A DNA stretch of 64,000 bases, from NCBI GenBank assembly GCA_050253415.1, contig JBFWJC010000001.1:384001-448000 (forward strand), given 5' to 3'. Shown here in pieces: positions 42,593-51,881 of this stretch. The DNA comes from Pedobacter sp. (GTDB lineage Bacteria > Desulfobacterota > Desulfuromonadia > Desulfuromonadales > Syntrophotaleaceae). The position numbers were made by a program, and so were the translations under genes. The notes beneath the pieces were generated by a model. The model made no database searches. It saw only the letters and a list, made by a program, of their open reading frames with translations, and was not told where the DNA came from. Within the stretch, counting starts at the first letter, position 1; each line of letters begins with the position of its first letter.

Positions 42593-44445
42593 TGGCCGAG
42601 TTGCTGTTTCTGATACCGTTACTGCCGCTGTGTGGGGCTTTGATTGTTTTGTTTGCCGGTGGGCGCATGCCCCGTCGCCTGCTGACTGGCGTGGCGATCG
42701 CTTCTGTGGCCGCTTCGGCCGCAGTGACTTTGTGGTTGTGGCCGCTGGCCGCTGACCGCACCCGGGTAACGCTGTTCACCTGGTTTGACGCCGGTTCGTT
42801 GCAGGTGCCGATGGAATTGTTATTCTCCCCGCTGGCGGCCTGTATGGCGTTGATGGTGACCGGCGTTTCGGCTCTGATCCATGTCTACGCTGCTTGCTAC
42901 CTGCATCACGAACCCGATATCCGACGCTTCTTCACCTTGTTCAACCTGTTTGTGTTCGCCATGCTGGTGATAGTTCTGGCGGATAATCTATTGCTGTTGT
43001 TTCTTGGCTGGGAAGGGGTCGGATTCTGTTCCTATGCCCTGATCGGCTTCTGGTATCGCAATCCCGTTTTTGCGGCTGCCGGGCGTAAAGCATTTCTGGT
43101 TACGCGCGCCGCAGATGTGCTGTTCGGCATTGCACTGTTGTGGTTGTTCCACCTGACCGGTACCTTATCCATTTCGGCAATAAACCTGCAGGCCGCGTCG
43201 CTACCTCCGGGTAACGTAACCTTCCTGGCCTTATTGCTGTTGGCCGGCGCCTGCGGAAAATCGGCCCAGTTGCCTTTCAGCTCCTGGCTGCCGGATGCCA
43301 TGGCCGGCCCCACCCCGGTGTCGGCCTTGATCCATGCCGCCACCATGGTTACCGCTGGCGTGTATCTGCTGTGTCGGTTATTCCCGCTGATCTCATTGTC
43401 GCCAATCGCCCTTTGCGTCATCGGGCTGGTTGGTGCCTCTACCGCTTTTTACGGCGCCACTTGTGCGCTGGTGCAGAGAGACATCAAGAAAGTCCTGGCC
43501 TATTCAACCATCAGTCAGGTCGGTTACATGTTTCTTGCGGTTGGCGCCGGTACCATTACCGGGGCCATGTTCCACCTGCTCACTCATGCCTTTTTCAAAG
43601 CCTTGCTGTTCATGGTGGCCGGTGCGGTCATCCATCTGGCTTCCGGCGAACAGGATCTGTTTCGCCTTGGCCGGCTGTCCAAGCGGTCGCCGATGCTTTT
43701 CTGGCTGTTGCTGGCCGGATCTGTGGCCCTGGCCGGGGTTCCGTTGACGGCTGGTTTCTTTTCCAAGGATGCCATTCTGGCAGCCTGCTTCGCCCGACAC
43801 ACGCTATGGTGGACAAGCCTTGGCGTCGCCGGGTTGGTAACCGCTTTCCTGACCGCTATGTATGCTTTGCGGCTAGTGTATCTGCTTGTTGCCGACCGTG
43901 AGGTTGTATCGGGGTACGGCCCCGCACCGCGAGGACTGGTTTGGCCTTTGCTGCCCTTGGGTGTACTTGCCCTGGTTGGCGGACTACTTAATCTCCCCGA
44001 AGTTTGGGGTGGACATGCAGGTTTGGGGCGCTGGCTGGCAACCCCATCAGGGTTGTCACCCTCGCACGGCCTCGAATGGGGGCTTGCTGCCGTCACATTT
44101 TTATTGGTAGCGGGGGCCTGGTTTGTTATTCGAAATCGCTACCGGGTGCCGGCTTCACCAGTACCTGAGGGACCTTGGGTAGATTTTTTCATCACAGGTT
44201 GGCAGATTGATTCGCTGATCCGCTTTGCCGTTACGGCGCCCTTTGAAAGGCTCGGCGACCTGCTGGAAAGCTCCCTTGAGCGAAGTTTTACCACGACTTG
44301 GCCCGCCGGTCTCGGTCGGCTGTGTCAGGCTACCGGGCAGAAGCTGCGTGTATTTACCTCCGGTTCTGTAAGTCTTTACCTCGCCGCCATGGCTTGGGGC
44401 ATAATCCTGCTATTGACGATATTGCTGGTTTTTTTGACTTTATGA
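42589..44445 (+). CDS. nuoL: NADH-quinone oxidoreductase subunit L
   Basis: GWEGVG; GKSAQLP..WLPDAMAGPTPVSALIHAATMV. Confidence 0.95.
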   Translation: MMAELLFLIPLLPLCGALIVLFAGGRMPRRLLTGVAIASVAASAAVTLWLWPLAADRTRVTLFTWFDAGSLQVPMELLFSPLAACMALMVTGVSALIHVYAACYLHHEPDIRRFFTLFNLFVFAMLVIVLADNLLLLFLGWEGVGFCSYALIGFWYRNPVFAAAGRKAFLVTRAADVLFGIALLWLFHLTGTLSISAINLQAASLPPGNVTFLALLLLAGACGKSAQLPFSSWLPDAMAGPTPVSALIHAATMVTAGVYLLCRLFPLISLSPIALCVIGLVGASTAFYGATCALVQRDIKKVLAYSTISQVGYMFLAVGAGTITGAMFHLLTHAFFKALLFMVAGAVIHLASGEQDLFRLGRLSKRSPMLFWLLLAGSVALAGVPLTAGFFSKDAILAACFARHTLWWTSLGVAGLVTAFLTAMYALRLVYLLVADREVVSGYGPAPRGLVWPLLPLGVLALVGGLLNLPEVWGGHAGLGRWLATPSGLSPSHGLEWGLAAVTFLLVAGAWFVIRNRYRVPASPVPEGPWVDFFITGWQIDSLIRFAVTAPFERLGDLLESSLERSFTTTWPAGLGRLCQATGQKLRVFTSGSVSLYLAAMAWGIILLLTILLVFLTL

Positions 44446-44482
44446 TGTTTATTGATCTCCCTAACATACTTGCGAGCCAAGC

Positions 44483-45958
44483 ATGAATGGTCTGTCAAAC
44501 ATACCCTGGTTGTCCGTTTTGTTTTTCCTGCCGATCGTTGGGGCGCTGGCCTCCCTGGCTTGGGGCCGACGTGTCGCCGTGGTTACGGTTTTGCTGGAAG
44601 CAACTGTCGCCCTGCTCCTGCCTATTCAGATGGAATCCCGGTTTTCTCCCTGGATCCGTTTTGAGGATTGGGCCTGGATCGAACGTTACGGCGCTCGGCT
44701 TACCCTGGGGCTTGATGGCCTTTCGCTGCTATTGGTGTGGCTGACCGTTATCCTGCTGGCGGTTGCCGTGGGTCTTTCCTGGTCACGTTATCGGCAATCC
44801 GGTTTTTACGCTTTGCTGTTGACCAGTTGTAGCGGTATCCTGGGCGTTTTTCTGGCTCAGGATCTGCTGTTGTTCTATGTCTGCTGGGAAATTATGTTGC
44901 TGCCGCTGATCCTCTGCATTGCCTTATGGGGTGGCGCCAAGCGCGTTGAGGCCGCTTTTAAGCTGCTGCTGTTCACCCTGGCTGGCAGTCTGCTGATGTT
45001 GCTGGCTCTTTTGGGATTGTTTTTACTGCATGGTCGCCAGACCGGTGACTACATCTTTGCGCTGCAGGCTTTGAGGACCACGGTTATTCCTCCCGATCTT
45101 GCCCCCTGGCTGTTTGGATGTCTGGCGCTTGCATTTCTGGTCAAAGTTCCCGTTGTACCTTTGCATGGCTGGTTGCCAGATGCTTACCAGGAAGCACCTG
45201 CCGCGGTTACTTTGCTGCTCTCTGGCGTATTGGCCAAGGCTGGCATATTCGGTTTGGTACGTGTGGCGCTGCCATTGTTTCCCGAAACCTGGCCCAGCTT
45301 TGTGCCTGTATTGGGTGTCCTGGCGTTGGTGAGTATCGGTTACGGTGGCTGGCTGGCTTTTGTGCAGAACGATCTTAAACGCCTGGTGGCGTATGTTTCC
45401 GTCGCTCACCTCGGTTTTATCGCATTGGGTGTGGCAGCCTTTAATGCCATGGCTTTGCAGGGCGCGATGCTGCAACTGTTCAATCATGGCATAACCACGG
45501 CCGCACTATTCGTTCTTGTTGCACTGGTGGAACGTCGTACCGGCAGTCGTCAATTGCCTGAGCTGGGTGGACTCTGGTCCCGCACTCCGCAGCTTGGGGC
45601 CATGCTGCTGTTTTTTTCTCTGGCCACTCTGGGCCTTCCGGGTCTGAATATTTTCACCGGTGAAATCCTCATTCTACTAGGCTCTTTCGCTGCTCATCCC
45701 TGGTGGGGTGTCGCCGGTATGTTTGGAGTTTTACTGGCGGCTTGTTATACGCTGCGCATGACGCAGGGAGTGTTGTGGGGCGTGCCCCGTGGCCCGGATA
45801 TTATGAAGGATTTGAATCGCGGTGAGACGCTCCTTTTAGCTCCGCTGGTTGGCCTGGTTTTGTGGTTCGGGCTTTATCCTCTGCCTTTTTTGAGGTTACT
45901 TCGCGGTCCCGTTGAACAACTCCTTGCCCGTCTCGTCACGACAGGGGGGCTGCCATGA
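44483..45958 (+). CDS. nuoM: NADH-quinone oxidoreductase subunit M
   Basis: LGLDGLS; KVPVVPLHGWLPDA; LGLPG. Confidence 0.92.
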   Translation: MNGLSNIPWLSVLFFLPIVGALASLAWGRRVAVVTVLLEATVALLLPIQMESRFSPWIRFEDWAWIERYGARLTLGLDGLSLLLVWLTVILLAVAVGLSWSRYRQSGFYALLLTSCSGILGVFLAQDLLLFYVCWEIMLLPLILCIALWGGAKRVEAAFKLLLFTLAGSLLMLLALLGLFLLHGRQTGDYIFALQALRTTVIPPDLAPWLFGCLALAFLVKVPVVPLHGWLPDAYQEAPAAVTLLLSGVLAKAGIFGLVRVALPLFPETWPSFVPVLGVLALVSIGYGGWLAFVQNDLKRLVAYVSVAHLGFIALGVAAFNAMALQGAMLQLFNHGITTAALFVLVALVERRTGSRQLPELGGLWSRTPQLGAMLLFFSLATLGLPGLNIFTGEILILLGSFAAHPWWGVAGMFGVLLAACYTLRMTQGVLWGVPRGPDIMKDLNRGETLLLAPLVGLVLWFGLYPLPFLRLLRGPVEQLLARLVTTGGLP

Positions 45959-47349
45959 CCTGGAACACCTTATTGGCGCTGCTGCCGTTACTGGTGCTTT
46001 TTATCGGTTCCGTGTCCGTATTGTTTGTATCGGGACGAAGAGCTCTGTTGTATGGCATTTTCTGCGCCTTGCTTGCCGCAGGACTTGCCTGGTGGCCTTG
46101 CGTCTCAGCCGTATCCGACACGCCATTAGTCTCGAGTGGACTATTTGCCCGGGGTTGCTGGACTGCATGGGCGCTGCTTGGTGCAGCGACCTGCTCTCTG
46201 TCGGAGCGTTACAGGGCAAGTCGTCGGTTTGCGCCGCAGGAATTTGCCGCGCTGGTACTGTTTTGCGTTCTTGGGATGTCGATCCTGTCGGCCAGCACCT
46301 CTTTGGTCAGCCTGTTTCTTGGTCTGGAGGCGATGACCCTGGCGTTTTATGTGCTTATTGCTTTTGATCGGGACAACCCTACCGGCGCCGAAGCCGGTCT
46401 CAAATACCTGCTGCCCGGATTTCTGGCCAGTGCTCTGCTGGCTTTTGGCATCGCACTCGTGTATGCCGCCACCGGTACTTTTTCCCTTCATGGTAATGTA
46501 TCCCTGCCGGTTACAGGGACTACCATGCATACCATTGCGATTCTGGGATGGACCCTGTTCCTTTGTGCCATCGCGTTTAAGGCATCCCTGGCGCCCTTTC
46601 ACCTGTGGACGCCCGATGTCTACCAGGGCGCGCCAGCGCCGGTGGCCGGATTGCTCGCCAGCGGGTCCAAGGGTGCGGTGTTTGCTGTGTTGCTAGCCAG
46701 TATTCCCTTAGCGCTTATCGCTCCTTTGCGACCGCTTTTGGCAGCCCTGGCGGCGTTGTCCATGCTTGCCGGAACATTTGCCGCGCTGCCTCAGACCAAT
46801 CTCAAGCGCATGTTGGCTTACTCCTCCGTGGTCCATATGGGATACATGGTGCTGGCGCTACTGACGGGACAGCAGGCAGGGCTTGAAGCCGGCTTGTTTT
46901 ACCTGCTCAGTTACGGAGCTGCAACCGTGGCCGCTTTTGGGCTGTTGGCCTCCATGTCTGACTCCAGTGGCGAACCTCAGAACTACGCCGCTTTGGAAGG
47001 GTTAGCCGGCAGGTCTCCATGGCGGGCGGCCCTGCTTACGGTTCTGCTTCTGTCGCTGGCCGGCTTCCCCCCTTTGGCTGGGTTTATGGGCAAATTCGTT
47101 CTTTTTAGCGCGGCCCTGGATGCCGGTTATGTGTGGCTGGTTGCGCTGGCCTTATTTTCTTCCTTGGTTTCCTGCTATTACTATTTGCGTCCGATTGTGC
47201 GCCTTTTCCGTTCAGGTCCCACCTCTGCACACTCCGTGGCCGCTAACGGCGGTGAGGGGGTGGTGTTTGTGCTTTGCACTATTATTATTGTGACCGCAGG
47301 AATTTACCCCGGTCCATTTTTCCGGATGATTTCCGCAATTGCGCCTTGA
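45955..47349 (+). CDS. nuoN: NADH-quinone oxidoreductase subunit N
   Basis: EAGLKY; FKASLAPFHLWTPDVYQGAP; LSLAGFPPLAGFMGK. Confidence 0.93.
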   Translation: MTWNTLLALLPLLVLFIGSVSVLFVSGRRALLYGIFCALLAAGLAWWPCVSAVSDTPLVSSGLFARGCWTAWALLGAATCSLSERYRASRRFAPQEFAALVLFCVLGMSILSASTSLVSLFLGLEAMTLAFYVLIAFDRDNPTGAEAGLKYLLPGFLASALLAFGIALVYAATGTFSLHGNVSLPVTGTTMHTIAILGWTLFLCAIAFKASLAPFHLWTPDVYQGAPAPVAGLLASGSKGAVFAVLLASIPLALIAPLRPLLAALAALSMLAGTFAALPQTNLKRMLAYSSVVHMGYMVLALLTGQQAGLEAGLFYLLSYGAATVAAFGLLASMSDSSGEPQNYAALEGLAGRSPWRAALLTVLLLSLAGFPPLAGFMGKFVLFSAALDAGYVWLVALALFSSLVSCYYYLRPIVRLFRSGPTSAHSVAANGGEGVVFVLCTIIIVTAGIYPGPFFRMISAIAP

Positions 47350-47367
47350 TCCGTCGTGCGAGGGCCC

Positions 47368-47772
47368 ATGAATATCACCGAACGCATTGCACAGTTTCTG
47401 TCGGCTGAAGGTTTTGCTGTCGCCGGCGCTTCGACCAATCGTGACAAATACGGCAACAAGGTCCTGCGTTGCTACATGCAGCATAGCAAGCGCGTTGTAC
47501 CCGTCAATCCGCATGTCTCGGCTGTGGAAGGCCTAGCCAGCGTCGCCAGTGTTTCGGATTTGCCGGGTAATATTCAAAGTCTCTCCATTATCACCCCACC
47601 CCGCATTACCGAGCAGGTTGTAGAAGAAGCCATCGCCAAAGGAATCCCTAATATCTGGATGCAGCCTGGAGCTCAAAGCGATGAAGCCATACGTCGTTGT
47701 GAGGACGCTGGCATCAACCTGATTGCTGACGGAAGCTGTCTGTTGGTGGTGCTCGGTTACCACGAAGTCTGA
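47368..47772 (+). CDS. CoA-binding protein (YccU-like)
   Basis: AVAGAS..DKYG, PVNP, IWMQPG. Confidence 0.85.
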   Translation: MNITERIAQFLSAEGFAVAGASTNRDKYGNKVLRCYMQHSKRVVPVNPHVSAVEGLASVASVSDLPGNIQSLSIITPPRITEQVVEEAIAKGIPNIWMQPGAQSDEAIRRCEDAGINLIADGSCLLVVLGYHEV

Positions 47773-47926
47773 TGGGTGATAAAAACCAGTTTTCATTTTT
47801 GGAATCTGTTGGTTTTCGGTGTAAACGGCCCCATATATGATTTTGGTGCAGCGGCTTTGTTTCTGATTGTGGTGTATACTGCCACGGAGTGCTAACTTCT
47901 TTTTTTACAATTCTTTCTTGCCCTTG

Positions 47927-47950
47927 CGTTATGTCCTGTGATATATAGCC
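47927..47950 (+). promoter_or_regulatory. Putative ModE-type operator upstream of the Mo-related region
   Basis: CGTTATGT-N8-ATATAGCC imperfect palindrome, preceded by CCTTG. Confidence 0.6.
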
Positions 47951-48193
47951 ATGGTGCCTTAGTGAAAGTTTATAAACAGAACACAGGTTCTTCCTGTTAC
48001 TAAAATATGCTTCAACGCATATTCCTTTCACCTCTAACTATCCTTTCTCATTATTCTTTTTGAGAGTGGACGGTTTTGACCTTTTATTTCGCGTAGATTT
48101 TTGGTCATACCGCTACTTCTTTTAGGCACAGTTGATCCTTGCAATTGAACGAGTAATTCATAGTGTCTTTAAAGGTAAGACAGGATATCTGGA

Positions 48194-48391
48194 ATGCATG
48201 ATAGTGGCGAGCGCGACGTTCGTAGGCAGGTAGTCACCAATATCAGAGTGCCTAACTCCGTTTGGAAAAAACGCGTATGCGAGACCTTGCTCGATTTAAA
48301 TATAATCCCTGAACATTTTTCAGGTAAATTGGTGATCTCCTTTAAAAATGGGGGCATCAGCTACATAGAGAAGACTCAGACATTTAAATAA
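48194..48391 (+). CDS. Small YezD/DUF2292-like protein, copy 1
   Basis: C-terminus FSGKLVISFKNGGISYIEKTQTFK is near-identical to the paralog at 50417; family call is inferred from motif shape. Confidence 0.65.
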   Translation: MHDSGERDVRRQVVTNIRVPNSVWKKRVCETLLDLNIIPEHFSGKLVISFKNGGISYIEKTQTFK

Positions 48392-48394
48392 GTT

Positions 48395-48482
48395 GCGCTA
48401 ATTTCGACCTCTGCCTGATCAACAGACCTAACGAAACCCGCACCCAATACCAAAATCAATGGTATTGGTGCGGGTTTTTTTT
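48395..48482 (+). ncRNA. Conserved attenuator-like cis RNA element, copy 1
   Basis: GCGCTaATTTCGaCCTCTGC..CAGACcTAaCGAAACCCGCA-[stem]-TGCGGGTTTTTTTT; repeated at 50681. Confidence 0.6.
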
Positions 48483-49011
48483 GTTTATTTTTTTCTACGA
48501 TCCTAAGGGAAAGAATTTTATTAATTTACGAAATCAACAACCTTGAGTTGTTGGCAACATCGGAGGTTTTATGGCTATTGTAAAATGTGCATTTTGTGGG
48601 GAAGACGCGGATAGTGAAAATTACGGAGTTAAGCAATGTTCGAAATGTGGCTTGTGGTTTTGCCATAAACACCTTGGTCAGTACAAGTCGCAATGCATAG
48701 TGTGTAAAGAATATGCTCTCAAAAATAAGTACGGGAGATGAAATTTGCAAAAGTACTTTTAAAGTAACGTACATTTAAAATTAAATTTTGGATTGATCTC
48801 AGGAGTCAATAGCGAGGGTTTCATAAAGAAGTCTTTTTATTCTGGCCTCGTGCCCTCTCTTTTTAATCCTCGCTGCCTGATTTTCGAGGCAATTATCGTT
48901 ACGTTACCGAGTGGTGTGAGTCTAATCCAACGTCGAATGCTTGGCATTTTTTGCTCCCCCCAATGGAAACGCAACTTTTTCTAAACGTATAATGATAAAG
49001 GAGTCTGAATT

Positions 49012-49431
49012 ATGAAAGTTTGCTTTCCTATATCAGAAGATTTTGGTGTGAAAAGTACTGTTTATGGACATTTCAATTCTGCCCCTTTCTTTCTTGTCGT
49101 AGATACCGATACAAAGGAAACCCTGACTATAGCTAATTGCGATCCAAAAAATCCTTTAGCAGGGTGCGATCCATTCAGTGCTCTTAAGGTTTACGATATC
49201 GATGGTATTATTGCCGGATGTATGGGAGATAGTGCTCTTCAAGCCATGAACCTCTGCGGGTTCCGGGTATATGAGGCAGAATCCGAAAATCTTATTGAAA
49301 ATATGGAACTGTTTAACCAAGAGAAGCTTCAGGAAAGCGTCGTGCAAAATAGTGCTGCCGAGGGAAGATGCTCTGATGGCGAAAGTTCTTCAGGCGAGGG
49401 TTGCGGTCACGATCATGATCACGAGCTTTGA
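49012..49431 (+). CDS. NifB/NifX family (dinitrogenase Fe-Mo cofactor-binding fold) protein
   Basis: MKVCFP..VYGHFNSAPFFLVVD; Cys/His-rich tail GCGHDHDH; AAGGAG RBS. Confidence 0.8.
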   Translation: MKVCFPISEDFGVKSTVYGHFNSAPFFLVVDTDTKETLTIANCDPKNPLAGCDPFSALKVYDIDGIIAGCMGDSALQAMNLCGFRVYEAESENLIENMELFNQEKLQESVVQNSAAEGRCSDGESSSGEGCGHDHDHEL

Positions 49432-50416
49432 CCATCAAAATTAATGCGATAGCAAAAAATCCTGCGATAGAAGAAAAAAATTCCTAAAAGTCCTGGTTAT
49501 TCCCAGGGAAGAGGGCATTCCTGGTATCTGAGAACATGAAGAAACGCGGTAATACGGTAGCTCTGGATTTAATTGGGCGGTTCGCTCTAGATGCTCTCTA
49601 GGGCGAACCCGCCGTCAATTAATGCAACCATGACTTCAGCCCAACAAGAGCTCCATACTTTCCCCCTCATCTCTCTGGGCGACAAGGAACATTATGCTCG
49701 ATGCCTTCGGTTAGTTACGGGCGCATTTGGATATGTCCTTTTTACGCTGGCAGTGACATCTGCAAAATTACTAAAAAAGGATTTAGGTATGTAAAGCCTA
49801 CTTCGCACGACCCAATTATTGAATACAGATATCAAATGTCTAATTGTTTATCTAAATCGGCTCCGCTTGCCGATTATCTGACTAGCGAAAAACGATGTAG
49901 AATCTCTACCTCGTTGTAGCGGAAACCTGTCGAGTACCATAATCACTTCAATTTACCTGTTCTTCAAATCCCGATACCGTCTGTAATGCCGTATTAACAT
50001 AAAGCTTGTTTTGAAGATTTGGTTCGCTGGGCGGAAGGAATACCCAGCTAATGTGAATATGTAAAGAGCTGTGAAAATCACCAAAAAAAGTTCGTTTACA
50101 CAAAACCATGTGTTGGAAATAGTTGTTTACGGTAACTAATAGTCTTTTTTGTCTTTTACTGTTATTTTTACCTTGCTTGTTATTATCTGCTTTGTTAAAA
50201 AGATTGCCACACTGCTTGATTCTTTGGAAAAAAACAGCGTTCGAAAGTTTTTTATTTTGAACTTCTCCCTGGATCGAAAATTTGTGAAGGGGGGATATAG
50301 CCCCAAGCAGCGGGGCGTTGGCGGATTGGCCTCTACGGACTGTTTGTGAAGTATGGAAACTGACGAACATGAAGTTTCCGCCGCAAAATTCATCGCCAAA
50401 CACGCAGGTGATAATT

Positions 50417-50650
50417 ATGCATATCCCTGAACTTTGTTATCAGGACAAACTATTGGAAGAAAAATCACGGACCCGAACACAAAAGTACTCTGGCCAGGCT
50501 GGGCCCAAAAATGTGGCTGTCTGCAAGAGATCTATAGCAACTTTTTTGGCAAATACCGAATTGATTACGCCGAACTTCTCAGGGAAACTTATTATCTCTT
50601 TTAAGGAGGGTGGCATCAGCTATATAGAAAAGGTAGAGCAAATCAAGTAA
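50417..50650 (+). CDS. Small YezD/DUF2292-like protein, copy 2
   Basis: C-terminus FSGKLIISFKEGGISYIEKVEQIK; AGGTG upstream of ATG 50417. Confidence 0.65.
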   Translation: MHIPELCYQDKLLEEKSRTRTQKYSGQAGPKNVAVCKRSIATFLANTELITPNFSGKLIISFKEGGISYIEKVEQIK

Positions 50651-50680
50651 CTTCCCTCTACATAAAAAATAAATAGTCAC

Positions 50681-50764
50681 GCGCTTATTTCGTCCTCTGC
50701 TTAGTCAGACTTAGCGAAACCCGCATCGATTCCTGAAATTCAGGATATCAATGCGGGTTTTTTT
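50681..50764 (+). ncRNA. Conserved attenuator-like cis RNA element, copy 2
   Basis: GCGCTtATTTCGtCCTCTGC..CAGACtTAgCGAAACCCGCA-[stem]-TGCGGGTTTTTTT, ending about 18 nt before the next ATG. Confidence 0.62.
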
Positions 50765-50782
50765 ATTATCAGAACATAAGGA

Positions 50783-51817
50783 ATGAAGAGCATGCAACAA
50801 ATCGTCCCCGTTGAACAAGCTGTAGGTAAAATTCTTTCTCATGATATCACGCGTATAGTACCCGGAGAATTCAAGGGGCGAGCCTATAAAAAAGGGCACA
50901 TGATTACAGCCGAGGATGTTCCACAGCTCAAAAAACTTGGCAAGGACCACATTTATATTCTTAACCTCGGTGATGGCCTGGTGCATGAGAATGAAGCAGC
51001 TCAACGTATTGCGAAGGCGATCAGCGGGCCGTTCCTTCATTTCGGAGAGCCGAATCAAGGTAAAATTGAATTAACCTCGGAGCTGGATGGGCTGCTTAAA
51101 ATAAACCTTAACCTATTGAATCAGCTAAATGAAATTCCGGACGTTACCATCGCAACAGTATTAACCAACCAGCCCGTGCGCGTCGGGTCGACGGTTGCCG
51201 GCACGCGCATTATCCCCCTGTATACCCAAGAAGAAAATCTTCTTCAGCTAGAAAATCTCTGCCGCCAAAATTCTGCGTTAATCACTGTAAAACCTTACCA
51301 GCACTTTCGTGTGGGATTGATTACTACTGGAACCGAAGTGTTTCTTGGGCGTATCCCAGACGGTTTCGGGCCAATAGTAAAAAGCAAATTTGAAGCATAT
51401 GGAAGTGAAGTTTGTCGCCAAGATATCGTTCCTGACGATATATCAAAAATAGCCTCTGCTATTCATGGTCAGATTGCAGAAGGTGCGCAAATGGTCATTT
51501 TGACAGGAGGAATGTCTGTTGATCCAGACGATCTTACCCCCGCTTCTATACGGGCCACAGGCGCGAAAATCGTAATCTATGGTGCCCCTACCTATCCCGG
51601 TGCCATGTTCATGTTGGCAGAATTGCATGGTGTTCCCATTATCGGCCTTCCTGGCTGCACGATGTATCACAAAGCTACAATTTTTGAACTCGTAGTTACT
51701 CGCCTGCTTGCTGGCGAAACCATTACGCGTTCGGACGTTATCGCATTGGGCCATGGAGGATTATGCGCCGGTTGCCAGGATTGCCATTACCCCAATTGCG
51801 GATTCGGCAAAAGCTGA
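50783..51817 (+). CDS. MoeA/MogA-like molybdopterin-binding protein with C-terminal Cys cluster
   Basis: LSHDITRIVPG, TGGMSVDPDDLTP, PGAMF, CAGCQDCHYPNC. Confidence 0.85.
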   Translation: MKSMQQIVPVEQAVGKILSHDITRIVPGEFKGRAYKKGHMITAEDVPQLKKLGKDHIYILNLGDGLVHENEAAQRIAKAISGPFLHFGEPNQGKIELTSELDGLLKINLNLLNQLNEIPDVTIATVLTNQPVRVGSTVAGTRIIPLYTQEENLLQLENLCRQNSALITVKPYQHFRVGLITTGTEVFLGRIPDGFGPIVKSKFEAYGSEVCRQDIVPDDISKIASAIHGQIAEGAQMVILTGGMSVDPDDLTPASIRATGAKIVIYGAPTYPGAMFMLAELHGVPIIGLPGCTMYHKATIFELVVTRLLAGETITRSDVIALGHGGLCAGCQDCHYPNCGFGKS

Positions 51818-51881
51818 GGTTCCGTAATACGAGAAACATCCCTTTTCTAACTGAAAACGACCAACAAGGAGGAAGACAGGA

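Noticed and set aside
48941..48955. TTGGCA...TTGCT sigma54-like promoter before the NifB/NifX gene
   Set aside because: GG to GC spacing is 8 nt, not the required 10
51764..51800. CQDCH in the MoeA-like protein as a heme c site
   Set aside because: No signal peptide; it is part of a CxxCxxCxxxxC metal or Fe-S cluster tail
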